The notes: a model not told the origin generated them from the letters alone. Positions 44,026 through 55,911 are shown, counted from the stretch's first letter. The stretch: 64,000 nt of DNA from Daphnia carinata (GCF_022539665.2 NC_081332.1:372001-436000), one strand, 5' to 3'. Translations and numbers: made by a program.

Positions 44026-47000
44026 TCCCAGGCCAATCCCAACTTCCTCAGTTTATCATTTTTCCAAGGCTTCTTCTCTTTTATTGCTTCCTTTACGTCT
44101 TTGGACGCGTCATTTTGCATCTTCCGCCATAAATCTAATTCTGCTTGCTCTACCTCTTCTACTGCGAGAATGTTAAACCGTTTCTTATCGATTCCACACG
44201 ACACTTCTGCCAGCGGTGTCTCGGGACTCGAGAGTCCCCTAAACTTCTTTACTGCTCTTTTCACTGTCGCCCAGATCCTGACAATCGTGCGCAGTGAGCT
44301 ATAATTTTCGTACCATTCTTCCTCCTTCGGTATCGAAATATTGCATTGTGTTATCTCCTTAGGTTTTTCCTCTCTCCTTATTTCTACCGTATAATCCAGC
44401 TCTACTTGGGCTGGATTTTTCGGCCAATCTTTTTTTCTGTTCAGCCACTCTGGGCCTGACCACCAATCTTTCTTGTGGTTCAGCTGACTCACCGAAGCCC
44501 CTCTCGAAGCTATATCTGCCGGGTTCTGCACTCCCGGGCAGTGCCTTATCGACTCTATATCGATTTTTCCCCTGATTTCTGTTACTCGGTTGTGAACGAA
44601 CTGCTTCCACCGGCCTGATTCGCCTTTCATCCACCAGTAGGCTATCGCCGAGTCCGTCCACAACGTTTTCTCAAAGGACCGTCCAAGGGACTTTTCGATG
44701 TAATCTCCCAGCCTGACCGCCAGCAAATTGCTGAGCAGCTCCAATCTGGGAGTCGACACCGACTTTTTTGGATCCGGTGCTATCCGAGTTTTGCTGCATA
44801 ACAGCTTTGTCTCCTCTCCGGTCTCCAGATATGCGGCTACACTGTATGCGTCGTCACTGGCGTCGCAAAACAAGTGTAGCCTCGGTGAATGGATTTCTCC
44901 TGTCCACCGTCCCAGCTTTGTGTTCGTAAGGTCCGACAAACTTTTAATGAATGTCTCCCAGTGTGGCATTATGCTTGCCGACACTGGTTCGTCCCAGCCT
45001 GTCTTGTCTATCCAAACCTTTTGCATGATAATCTTCGCTACCACCGTTACCGGTGATATTAACCCCATCGGGTCGAAGACTTTCAGCGCCAGGCTGAATA
45101 ATTTCCTTTTCGTCGGCCTTTTATTCATTTCCTCGGCCTCTTCCACTATTTTCTCGGGTCTGAATCTAAATGAGTCCGTCCCCGGATCCCAAGTGACCCC
45201 TAGTGCCTTAACGATCTTCTCCGCATTATCTCCCATTGTCTTCTCGTTGCTCTGAAATTGTAATGTTTGCAACCGTTCTCTCAATTCCATGCTATTTGTC
45301 GTCCATTTTCTTAGCTCCATTTTTGCCGAGCCAAACAATCTCTGCGCCTGTGTTATCAGGTCGACTGCTTGGGGGATGCTGTCGGCTCCCCCCAACCAGT
45401 CGTCCACATATAACTGCGAGCCTAATTGCTTCACCAACTCTGGGTAGTCATCCTTATGCTCATCCAAGCATTTAAGAATGACCGCCCTTAGAATAAACGG
45501 GCTACTCGAGAGGCCAAATGGCACCCTCTTCCACCTGTATTCTATCCACTCCGAATTGTCTTCTCTCGGGTCTTTTATCCACAAAACCGTACTATCTGTC
45601 CGTGTTCTTCTTGAATTCCTATCTGTAGGAATGCCTGCGTGATGTCCGCCATCCACGCTATCTTGCTCTGCCTGAACCTGAGCAACACTGCCAACAGCTC
45701 CGGGTTCAGGTTCGGCCCGGTCTCCAATAAATCGTTAAGGCTCGGCTTACTTTGTTGGTGGGCCGAACCATCAAACACCGGCCTGATCTTAGTTGTTGCC
45801 GCCTCCGTCTTTATTACCGGTCTGTGCGGCAAATACGTACATGCTCCCGTGTAATTTCTATCTGCTACTTCTATGTAGCCTTTCTCGAGGTATTGTTGAA
45901 AAACTTCATGGTAGGCTACTTTGTCCTCCCGTTTCATTTTTCTCAACAGCCCTGTCAATCTGATCGAAGCTATATTTTTATTGGTCTCCATCGACCTCCT
46001 GTTATTTTTAAACGGGAACAGAATCTCATATCTGCCCGTTGGATCTTTCCTTATAGTGTCCTGATAGTTCTTCAGGAACCCCGGGTCCTCTAGCTCTTGG
46101 GGCGTAACTCCCATGTGTTCCAAGGCCCAGAATTCCTTGAAGTCTACCATCGCTTTTTTACTGTCGGCCTGTGTAACTATGTTTGCCGACACCTCGCTTT
46201 GATTTCCTGCTATGGGCGCTCCAAAAATAATCCACCCAAGCTTGCTGGCACATGCCACTGAGTCGTCTGGACCCTGTCTCGTCTGGTGTTTAAGAATTTG
46301 CCAATAATAGTCACATCCTATTATCATGTCAAACTCTGTTTTATGGTCCGGTTTGGAATGCCTTTCATCCGCGACCTTCTCCCCCTGTTCCGTCAAGATC
46401 TCCACTAACTTTGACCGAACCTTTGGGGTTGCCTTCGCCACATATTTTATAGCCGTTGCCTTAATTTTTATTTTTCCCTGTCTCTCGGGGACCATCCATA
46501 TGCTATAGGTCTTTAGCACCGATCTTTCCGCTTGGTTTGACCCAAACGTGTTCACCCTCACTTCTCCTTCTTCTTCTTCATCCGCTTTTAATCGTCTGAT
46601 TAGACTCTGTCGGATGAACGTCTTTTCGCTCCCCGAGTCTATCAGACCCAGCACTTTTACTTTCCTGTTATTTCTTCCTTGTAATACCGCCGTGAATGTG
46701 GGCAGTCCGATCGAAGTTGCCTGCGCACAATTCACGTTGGTATCTATGGTTACCGACTTATTCATCGGTCTTTGCGGGGACTGTGATCTGACTGGCCCGT
46801 ATTGTCTTTGTCTGGACAGGCATAGCGCTGGGCTATGATCTATACTCCCGCAGTTCCTGCAAGGGACTCTGGCTACGCAATGTTCCGTCCTGTGTGATCT
46901 GCCGAGGCATTTCAAGCAACGGTTTTCTCGCTCGCAGAGTGTTCGTCTGAACTGCGGGGTATTCACCATACACCTATGGTGTATGTGATTCTGCTGACAA

Positions 47001-48397
47001 AAACAACAGGGTGTCATCCTACCTCCCCTCTCTTGAGGCTCCCTTCTCGGGCTTTGCGGTTGGCTCACCGGATCTTCTTCCATCTCTCTAAGCCGTATCT
47101 CTCGATCCAGCTCCTTTAGAATTGCTTCTAATGTCGGTTGATCCTCGTCGAACCATTTGTCTCTCCACCATCGCGAGGTTAATGCTTTAGGCAAAGCCTT
47201 CAACACGTCCCCCGCGATGTATTCTCCATACCCGCCCATATCCACTTTGAGGTTCGTTAGGGCTGCTCTCGCGTTTGTCAACCCGTCGAAAATTCTTTTT
47301 AACTGACTGGTTGTTGCCGTGTCTCCCAATCTTACGGCCACTAGACTTTTCAGCTCGTTCACATAGTGTGCTTTTAACTTTTCTGAATCCCCGAATCTTT
47401 TTTCCAATTTTTGCATTGCCTCTTGGTATTGGTTTTCATCGAAGTGTATGTGTGATATCAATTCTGCGGCCTTGCCTTTCAGGCTTATCCGCAGATATTG
47501 AAATTTCTCCGCCTCTGTTAATCTTGGATCGGCGTCGTACGCCGTCCACATTGCCTTCCATCCTTTCCACGCTGTGATCTCCCCGTTAAACGTCGGTAGA
47601 GGCAGCGCTGTTCTGAGTACCGGCGATTGGGTTTCGCTCTTTTTGTACTTCTCTCTCAATTTCTTAATTTTTTCCCTTAGCTTGTCTTCCATCTCTCTGT
47701 CTCCAGCTTTATCGGCTGCTGTGGAGACTGCCGCAAGCTTCTCATTAATCGCCACTAATGCCAACCACCGGGCCTCGGCCTTGTCTATAAACTTCTGTCT
47801 GCTCTCCGCATCCGCCTCGGCCCAAGCTATGCTGTCTTTCAGTTCTCTTTTTATCAAAGCCCGATCTTCGAGCAAATCTTCCCGCGTGCCTATCGGAGAT
47901 TCTGCCCTCGACGAAGCCCGTAACGGCTCTTGTCGTCTTATCGGGCTCTCTTCCAGGCTTGGCATGCTATCCTCGATTGTTTTCTCCACAATCGATTTTA
48001 TCTCAGCTCTCACGCCCTCCACTATCTCTGGAATTTGCTCTTTCATTGAGAAGCTTTCTTTCGCTTGTTCAATCAATATCGCCGCAGAGTTCAGCGCTTG
48101 ATTGCTTCTCCCGTCTATCTCTCCTACTAACTCCGTGATTGCGGCCACTTTTGACTTTAAGTCTTCTAGGTCCTCAATCTTTTTTTCCATCGCCTTCATT
48201 TTCATGCTCGTATCTGTCATGAATCTTTCGATTGTTTTTTCCGCGACCTCGACCCTCTTGTGCAACATAGAGTGGTACGAGTCGCCGGACTTGTATACCT
48301 TTTCGAGCTTTTCCTCGATGATCGAGAGTCTCTCATCTAGGCTTTGCTCGTCTGGGTCTGTCACCGTATGTCTCGTCCTCCTGGCCGGGACTGACAT
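44026..48397 (-). pseudogene. BEL/Pao gag-pol polyprotein with one frameshift near 45590
   Basis: LPTFNG gag motif, Cys/His knuckles, LIDSGS, IRPVFDGS, ADITQAF, YVDD, HLFCDAS, PRLEL, NPAD. Confidence 0.92.
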
Positions 48398-48520
48398 TTT
48401 GCCTTTATAATATATATTTTTTTTCTGATAGTGGTAGAGATAAACTGATAGTGGTAGAGATATATATTTTTCCAAATATTTTATTTCAACTTTTAATAAT
48501 TTATAACAATGTGAACGATA

Positions 48521-49237
48521 TCAATCAAGCACCGGGGATTTTAGAATCTCGTCTTCAGAGGACGACGCGATTCCTGTCCTAGCCAGCCGCTTTGATAACT
48601 GCTTGCTCAATCTTTCTTCGGGTGAAGATTTTTTCCAACTGCGTGGTATCCCTGATGTGGACCTCGCTTTCTTCGCTTGGGGTGGCTCTTTAGAGGGGCC
48701 AGCGGCGAGGTCTCTGATTTCTTGGCTCAACACCGTGGGGGTCGGTGGTGGGGCCGGTATCTGGAACGTAGCGGGCGGCAACTCTTTGACTCCGCGCGCC
48801 CTTTCCAATATCAGCTCCCTTCTCTGTAATTCTTCTTTGTCGCGTCTCAGCTTGCTAGTCTCCAGCAAGAATCTGGCGTGTTCCTCGGCCCGTTCTGCTG
48901 CCCTTTGTGCCGCTGCTATTACCGAGGAGTGCGACTCCTGGACTTTGGTGAGGGCGTCTAGCTGCTCTCTCTCCTGCTCGTTCAAAAACTGGGCTGGAGA
49001 TTCCAAAGTCGGAGTAATCGGCCGTGTGTAAGGGTTTGGCCGACTCTTTTTCTCCACCGGTCTCTTGGCACGCTGTTCAGGGAACGGCTCCGGGATACGA
49101 AGTCTCCTGAACACACCTTTCGGGATGGTCTGTTCTAACTCTTTCCAGAGTTCGTAAGAGCGGGCCTCCGTATCTAAGAGGTGCTGGAATCTTGCGTACA
49201 CCGCCTGCTGGTGCTGCTGATGGATGCTGTCCGACAC
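48521..49237 (-). CDS. BEL pre-gag ORF0 (238 aa, coiled-coil/basic; no AUG, possibly a spliced exon)
   Basis: Conserved at protein level with 4125-4842 despite many third-position changes. Confidence 0.7.
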   Translation of the reverse strand: MSDSIHQQHQQAVYARFQHLLDTEARSYELWKELEQTIPKGVFRRLRIPEPFPEQRAKRPVEKKSRPNPYTRPITPTLESPAQFLNEQEREQLDALTKVQESHSSVIAAAQRAAERAEEHARFLLETSKLRRDKEELQRRELILERARGVKELPPATFQIPAPPPTPTVLSQEIRDLAAGPSKEPPQAKKARSTSGIPRSWKKSSPEERLSKQLSKRLARTGIASSSEDEILKSPVLD

Positions 49238-49312
49238 TGTTATGGAATGTACGGGCAGATTTTTATATTATTTTTCTTTCCTTCTTTCTTTCTTTTTTTT
49301 TTTCTTTGTTTT

Positions 49313-49325
49313 GTTCGAAGGACCA
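49313..49325 (-). promoter_or_regulatory. BEL primer-binding site (tRNA-Tyr type)
   Basis: TGGTCCTTCGAAC. Confidence 0.85.
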
Positions 49326-49328
49326 ATT

Positions 49329-50467
49329 TGAGATTTATCCCTTTGCTGGGCTTCTCAATGCCGGAGTCTGCCGGCTCAGCGTAAAGTAGTGGGCTTGAGG
49401 CCTTGGTTGCCTCAGCGTAATAGCCGCGGTACGTCCAGGCCGGCAGCCGGTGGGGGAGCCGGGCTGCCAATGACTTGACTAACTGGACCTCAATTTAAGC
49501 GACCGTACGGATCTCACCGTCAAATGATCTCAAAAATGATGCCGAGAGACGGCGCGGCCAATATGACGGACACGAATAACAGTAGCTAGATTACTTGTAA
49601 TCCTTGGCGTTGAATGCCCCCGGGTCGAATGGATCTTCAAGTGAAGCGACGGCCAAGCAGGATCCGATCCGGATGGAATTGCTGCGAGCAACTTCGATGT
49701 AGCCGTGGAGGAAAAAAGAGCCGGGCCAAAGAAGAAGACAGACGGGCGACAGCAGCGTATCACGGCCGGGCAGATAATGACGGCCAGTTGCGACGGGCAG
49801 CAACACAAGTGATAACAGAGACAAACTTGATAGTAGTTACCAGTAGAATGAAGAGCCGACTCCGGGGGCTTCGGTGAAACTCGTGTGTATTTACTCAGCC
49901 GAAAACCGGCCTTTATATACCCAGCATTTACAAAACACCGTTGACTAATATAAGCAATTAAACGTACATAAATTTAAACGTTGGAGTAGGTGTCACCGCT
50001 GTTCCGTCACCCGTTTTAGCCGCAGGATCGTCCGCTCCTTCTCCACCTCGAATCCTCCTCCACCGACCCACCGTCGGTTCCTCCTCCGTCAACATCTTTT
50101 TTACTCTGGGCTAAAACCGGCTCCAGTCGCGATGGTTTTTGATGTTGACTTATGAGAGCGGTCGGTAGAGACCGCCTCATATAGCTGCAAAAGACGTCAA
50201 GTAGTTTCGATATTATACTAAGGACGTCCGGCCTTCTAAGCCAAGGATTCGCCGGGCGAATCGTTCTAACTCCCGTTTATATTCAGTCGTTTACCGTCTA
50301 CCGTCATATCCTTTTCAATGGCCGGGAACTTCTTGGTTAGCTCCCGCCTAGAGTTGGACTTACCCCGGCTACCGACACTTCGGTACCGAGTGCCCGGCAT
50401 CTTCGTTTCTATTCATCTGCCTCTTCACCGTCCCCTTGGACAGTGTTGGACGTCGGATTTTCCGACA
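49329..50467 (-). repeat. BEL 5' LTR (~1.14 kb, inferred from PBS and array junction)
   Basis: TG...CA termini on minus; partner LTR not in window. Confidence 0.7.
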
Positions 50468-50565
50468 CAATGATCCGTAGCCAAATTTCAACAGAGTTTT
50501 CCATAACTGTGCATATCACTTATTTGATTTGAAGTATATTCCAATTAAAGAATGAAATTTAACGA

Positions 50566-50638
50566 CGCCCGATGAGGGACTTGAACCCTCGACCTCAGGA
50601 TTAAAAGTCCCGCGCTCTACCGACTGAGCTAACCGGGC
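50566..50638 (-). tRNA. tRNA-Lys(TTT)
   Basis: Array A copy. Confidence 0.93.
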
Positions 50639-50737
50639 TTCCACATTGCCTCTGCGATGAAAACCTCAATTGTTTCTCTTTTGCCTCTAACGAAAGAACG
50701 ACTTTTTTTTCATGATTACTATTCTCACCCATTTTAC

Positions 50738-50810
50738 GCCTCGATAGCGCAGTAGGCAGCGCGCGAGTCTCATAATCTCGAGGTCGTGAGTTCGAACCTC
50801 ACTCGGGGCA
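50738..50810 (+). tRNA. tRNA-Met(CAT)
   Basis: Array A copy. Confidence 0.93.
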
Positions 50811-51248
50811 GTTTCTGCATAAGATTTTTATGCATAAGAACCAAATCCAAATCGATCCGCCTGATCACTGGGAGATAATCGTCTTAGGGAAATTGCACTC
50901 AGAGTAACACAAGTTAACCGATTCAGAAGAAAACAGCATAACTTAAACCACATAAATAGGTTGTTACTTAGTGTTCCACACCGTATATCAAAGTAGTATT
51001 CGGGGAGGAAAAGAAGCAGGCGACAAAATAAGGGGGGAGAACAGTTAATGTGTTTTTGCTTTCAAGGTAGAGCCAGTCTCAGGGACACAGGAGAAATGGT
51101 TCAAACGTTGACTTAAAGAAGGGGTAAGTTTCTACGATACACTGCAAAACTTTCAAAGTGGAAATGAAAAAAAAGCGCGTTTGTCACAAGAGTGGCTTCT
51201 ACGAAAAAGGTGGTGTTGAAAAATGTTAGTCGTTGGCTTCACTGTCTC

Positions 51249-51320
51249 AGGTCCTACTGAGATTTGAACTCGGATTGTCAGATTCAGAGTCTGAAGTGAT
51301 AACCATTACACCATGGAACC
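51249..51320 (-). tRNA. tRNA-Gln(CTG), variant
   Basis: Loop CTCTGAA; several private changes. Confidence 0.82.
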
Positions 51321-51432
51321 GTCATATAAGTTTGACCCTGTAAGTTTCACCAAGAAACCAACGGTTTTATTGCGATTATAATTTCGTAAGTATTCGATAA
51401 ATTTCGGTATAAATTGGAGGATTAAACGATCA

Positions 51433-51514
51433 CGACGAAGATGGGATTCGAACCCACGCGTGCAATGCACAATGGATTAGCAGTCCATCACCTTAACCGC
51501 TCGGTCACCTCGTC
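51433..51514 (-). tRNA. tRNA-Ser(GCT)
   Basis: Array A copy. Confidence 0.93.
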
Positions 51515-51642
51515 TGCAATCTGGCTCGAATTTCACTTGGGTCACAATGATCCGTAGCCAAATTTCAACAGAGTTTTCTATAACTGTGCATATCACTTAT
51601 TTGATTTGAAGTATATTCCAATTAAAGAATGAAATTTAACGA

Positions 51643-51715
51643 CGCCCGATGAGGGACTTGAACACTCGACCTCAGGATTAAAAGTCCCGCGCTCTACCGA
51701 CTGAGCTAACCGGGC
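51643..51715 (-). tRNA. tRNA-Lys(TTT), T-stem mismatch
   Basis: GAGTG/CCCTC. Confidence 0.85.
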
Positions 51716-51815
51716 TTCCACATTGCCTCTGCGATGAAAACCTCAATTGTTTCTCTGTTGCCTCTAACGAAAGAACGACTTTTTTTTTCATGATTACTAT
51801 TCTCACCCATTTTAC

Positions 51816-51888
51816 GCCTCGATAGCGCAGTAGGCAGCGCGCGAGTCTCATAATCTCGAGGTCGTGAGTTCGAACCTCACTCGGGGCA
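51816..51888 (+). tRNA. tRNA-Met(CAT)
   Basis: Array A copy. Confidence 0.93.
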
Positions 51889-52325
51889 GTTTCTGCATAA
51901 GATTTTTATGCATAAGAACCAAATCCAAATCGATCCGCCTGATCACTGGGAGATAATCGTCTTAGGGAAATTGCACTCAGAGTAACACAAGTTAACCGAT
52001 TCAGAAGAAAACAGCATAACTTAAACCACATAAATAGGTTGTTACTTAGTGTTCCACACCGTATATCAAAGTAGTATTCGGGGAGGAAAAGAAGCAGGCG
52101 ACAAAATAAGGGGGAGAACAGTTAATGTGTTTTTGCTTTCAAGGTAGAGCCAGTCTCAGGGACACAGGAGAAATGGTTCAAACGTTGACTTAAAGAAGGG
52201 GTAAGTTTCTACGATACACTGCAAAACTTTCAAAGTGGAAATGAAAAAAAAGCGCGTTTGTCACAAGAGTGGCTTCTACGAAAAAGGTGGTGTTGAAAAA
52301 TGTTAGTCGTTGGCTTCACTGTCTC

Positions 52326-52397
52326 AGGTCCTACTGAGAATCGAACTCAGATTGTCAGAGTCAGAGTCTGAAGTGCTAACCATTACACCATGGAACC
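52326..52397 (-). tRNA. tRNA-Gln(CTG)
   Basis: Loop CTCTGAC. Confidence 0.85.
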
Positions 52398-52509
52398 GTC
52401 ATATAAGTTTGACCCTGTAAGTTTCACCAAGAAACCAACGGTTTTATTGCGATTATAATTTCGTAAGTATTCGATAAATTTCGGTATCAATTGGAGGATT
52501 AAACGATCA

Positions 52510-52591
52510 CGACGAAGATGGGATTCGAACCCACGCGTGCAATGCACAATGGATTAGCAGTCCATCACCTTAACCGCTCGGTCACCTCGTC
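52510..52591 (-). tRNA. tRNA-Ser(GCT)
   Basis: Array A copy. Confidence 0.93.
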
Positions 52592-52719
52592 CACAATCTG
52601 GCTCGAATTTCACTTGGGTCACAATGATCCGTAGCCAAATTTCAACAGAGTTTTCCATAACTGTGCATATCACTTATTTGATTTGAAGTATATTCCAATT
52701 AAAGAATGAAATTTAACGA

Positions 52720-52792
52720 CGCCCGATGAGGGACTTGAACCCTCGACCTCAGGATTAAAAGTCCCGCGCTCTACCGACTGAGCTAACCGGGC
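52720..52792 (-). tRNA. tRNA-Lys(TTT)
   Basis: Array A copy. Confidence 0.93.
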
Positions 52793-52892
52793 TTCCACAT
52801 TGCCTCTGCGATGAAAACCTCAATTGTTTCTCTGTTGCCTCTAACGAAAGAACGACTTTTTTTTTCATGATTACTATTCTCACCCATTTTAC

Positions 52893-52965
52893 GCCTCGAT
52901 AGCGCAGTAGGCAGCGCGCGAGTCTCATAATCTCGAGGTCGTGAGTTCGAACCTCACTCGGGGCA
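52893..52965 (+). tRNA. tRNA-Met(CAT)
   Basis: Array A copy. Confidence 0.93.
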
Positions 52966-53403
52966 GTTTCTGCATAAGATTTTTATGCATAAGAACCAAA
53001 TCCAAATCGATCCGCCTGATCACTGGGAGATAATCGTCTTAGGGAAATTGCACTCAGAGTAACACAAGTTAACCGATTCAGAAGAAAACAGCATAACTTA
53101 AACCACATAAATAGGTTGTTACTTAGTGTTCCACACCGTATATCAAAGTAGTATTCGGGGAGGAAAAGAAGCAGGCGACAAAATAAGGGGGGAGAACAGT
53201 TAATGTGTTTTTGCTTTCAAGGTAGAGCCAGTCTCAGGGACACAGGAGAAATGGTTCAAACGTTGACTTAAAGAAGGGGTAAGTTTCTACGATACACTGC
53301 AAAACTTTCAAAGTGGAAATGAAAAAAAAGCGCGTTTGTCACAAGAGTGGCTTCTACGAAAAAGGTGGTGTTGAAAAATGTTAGTCGTTGGCTTCACTGT
53401 CTC

Positions 53404-53475
53404 AGGTTCTACTGAGAATCGAACTCAGATTGTCAGAGTCAAAGTCTGAAGTGCTAACCATTACACCATGGAACC
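53404..53475 (-). tRNA. tRNA-Gln(TTG)
   Basis: Loop CTTTGAC. Confidence 0.85.
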
Positions 53476-53587
53476 GTCATATAAGTTTGACCCTGTAAGT
53501 TTCACCAAGAAACCAACGGTTTTATTGCGATTATAATTTCGTAAGTATTCGATAAATTTCGGTATCAATTGGAGGATTAAATGATCA

Positions 53588-53669
53588 CGACGAAGATGGG
53601 ATTCGAACCCACGCGTGCAATGCACAATGGATTAGCAGTCCATCACCTTAACCGCTCGGTCACCTCGTC
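53588..53669 (-). tRNA. tRNA-Ser(GCT)
   Basis: Array A copy. Confidence 0.93.
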
Positions 53670-53797
53670 CGCCATCTGGATCGAATTTCACTTGGGTCAC
53701 AATGATCCGTAGCCAAATTTCAACAGAGTTTTCTATAACTGTGCATATCACTTATTTGATTTGAAGTATATTCCAATTAAAGAATGAAATTTAACGA

Positions 53798-53870
53798 CGC
53801 CCGATGAGGGACTTGAACACTCGACCTCAGGATTAAAAGTCCCGCGCTCTACCGACTGAGCTAACCGGGC
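53798..53870 (-). tRNA. tRNA-Lys(TTT), T-stem mismatch
   Basis: GAGTG/CCCTC. Confidence 0.85.
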
Positions 53871-53969
53871 TTCCACATTGCCTCTGCGATGAAAACCTCA
53901 ATTGTTTCTCTGTTGCCTCTAACGAAAGAACGACTTTTTTTTCATGATTACTATTCTCACCCATTTTAC

Positions 53970-54042
53970 GCCTCGATAGCGCAGTAGGCAGCGCGCGAGT
54001 CTCATAATCTCGAGGTCGTGAGTTCGAACCTCACTCGGGGCA
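53970..54042 (+). tRNA. tRNA-Met(CAT)
   Basis: Array A copy. Confidence 0.93.
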
Positions 54043-54236
54043 GTTTCTGCATAAGATTTTTGTTCCAACATTTAGATTCAACTCGCACTGCAAGGGCAGT
54101 GTTCGATCGCATCGTTCTCAATTTTAATTCAAACATGAACCAAATCCAAATCGATCCGCCTGATCACTGGGAGATAATCGTCTTAGGGAAATTGCACTCA
54201 GAGTAACACAAGTTAACCGATTCAGAAGAAAACAGC

Positions 54237-55173
54237 TGTTTTGTTTTGTTTTGTTTTGTTTTGTTTTGTTTTGTTTTGTTTTGTTTTGTTTTGTTTTGTT
54301 TTGTTTTGTTTTGTTTTGTTTTGTTTTGTTTTGTTTTGTTTTGTTTTGTTTTGTTTTGTTTTGTTTTGTTTTGTTTTGTTTTGTTTTGTTTTGTTTTGTT
54401 TTGTTTTGTTTTGTTTTGTTTTGTTTTGTTTTGTTTTGTTTTGTTTTGTTTTGTTTTGTTTTGTTTTGTTTTGTTTTGTTTTGTTTTGTTTTGTTTTGTT
54501 TTGTTTTGTTTTGTTTTGTTTTGTTTTGTTTTGTTTTGTTTTGTTTTGTTTTGTTTTGTTTTGTTTTGTTTTGTTTTGTTTTGTTTTGTTTTGTTTTGTT
54601 TTGTTTTGTTTTGTTTTGTTTTGTTTTGTTTTGTTTTGTTTTGTTTTGTTTTGTTTTGTTTTGTTTTGTTTTGTTTTGTTTTGTTTTGTTTTGTTTTGTT
54701 TTGTTTTGTTTTGTTTTGTTTTGTTTTGTTTTGTTTTGTTTTGTTTTGTTTTGTTTTGTTTTGTTTTGTTTTGTTTTGTTTTGTTTTGTTTTGTTTTGTT
54801 TTGTTTTGTTTTGTTTTGTTTTGTTTTGTTTTGTTTTGTTTTGTTTTGTTTTGTTTTGTTTTGTTTTGTTTTGTTTTGTTTTGTTTTGTTTTGTTTTGTT
54901 TTGTTTTGTTTTGTTTTGTTTTGTTTTGTTTTGTTTTGTTTTGTTTTGTTTTGTTTTGTTTTGTTTTGTTTTGTTTTGTTTTGTTTTGTTTTGTTTTGTT
55001 TTGTTTTGTTTTGTTTTGTTTTGTTTTGTTTTGTTTTGTTTTGTTTTGTTTTGTTTTGTTTTGTTTTGTTTTGTTTTGTTTTGTTTTGTTTTGTTTTGTT
55101 TTGTTTTGTTTTGTTTTGTTTTGTTTTGTTTTGTTTTGTTTTGTTTTGTTTTGTTTTGTTTTGTTTTGTTTTG

Positions 55174-55204
<31 letters not shown>

Positions 55205-55221
55205 TGTTTTGTTTTGTTTTG

Positions 55222-55252
<31 letters not shown>

Positions 55253-55790
55253 TGTTTTGTTTTGTTTTGTTTTGTTTTGTTTTGTTTTGTTTTGTTTTGT
55301 TTTGTTTTGTTTTGTTTTGTTTTGTTTTGTTTTGTTTTGTTTTGTTTTGTTTTGTTTTGTTTTGTTTTGTTTTGTTTTGTTTTGTTTTGTTTTGTTTTGT
55401 TTTGTTTTGTTTTGTTTTGTTTTGTTTTGTTTTGTTTTGTTTTGTTTTGTTTTGTTTTGTTTTGTTTTGTTTTGTTTTGTTTTGTTTTGTTTTGTTTTGT
55501 TTTGTTTTGTTTTGTTTTGTTTTGTTTTGTTTTGTTTTGTTTTGTTTTGTTTTGTTTTGTTTTGTTTTGTTTTGTTTTGTTTTGTTTTGTTTTGTTTTGT
55601 TTTGTTTTGTTTTGTTTTGTTTTGTTTTGTTTTGTTTTGTTTTGTTTTGTTTTGTTTTGTTTTGTTTTGTTTTGTTTTGTTTTGTTTTGTTTTGTTTTGT
55701 TTTGTTTTGTTTTGTTTTGTTTTGTTTTGTTTTGTTTTGTTTTGTTTTGTTTTGTTTTGTTTTGTTTTGTTTTGTTTTGTTTTGTTTTGT
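54237..55790. repeat. (TTTTG)n microsatellite, ~310 units
   Basis: Near-perfect; two T7 interruptions near 55200 and 55250. Confidence 0.99.
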
Positions 55791-55838
55791 GCCACGAAAG
55801 GAGACTGGATTTTCAGAAAAATAAGTAATAGTCTTACA

Positions 55839-55911
55839 CGCCCAACGTGGGGCTCGAACCCACGACCCTGAGATTAAGAGTCTCATGCTCTACCGACTGA
55901 GCTAGCCAGGC
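55839..55911 (-). tRNA. tRNA-Lys(CTT)
   Basis: GCCTGGCTAGCTCAGTCGG...CTCTTAA. Confidence 0.94.

Larger units (their letters stand above)
44026..50467 (-). mobile_element. BEL/Pao retrotransposon, 5' part (LTR, PBS, ORF0, gag-pol), 3' end in gap
   Basis: TGTCGG start at the array junction; PBS TGGTCCTTCGAAC; Pao domains. Confidence 0.92.
50468..54236. repeat. tRNA array A, ~3.5 units (three with a ~65-bp shorter spacer)
   Basis: Met genes at 50738, 51816, 52893, 53970. Confidence 0.97.

Noticed and set aside
43900..44050. Apparent BEL-gypsy nesting or fusion ORF
   Set aside because: The junction is a 100-N scaffold gap, so adjacency and distance are unknown.
54237..55790. Possible interstitial telomere
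   Set aside because: TTTTG is not the arthropod TTAGG or the TTAGGG motif, and it is explained by the local flank.
54164..55886. 500+ aa ORFs (QNKTK / FCFVL repeats)
   Set aside because: Stop-free translation of the (TTTTG)n microsatellite.
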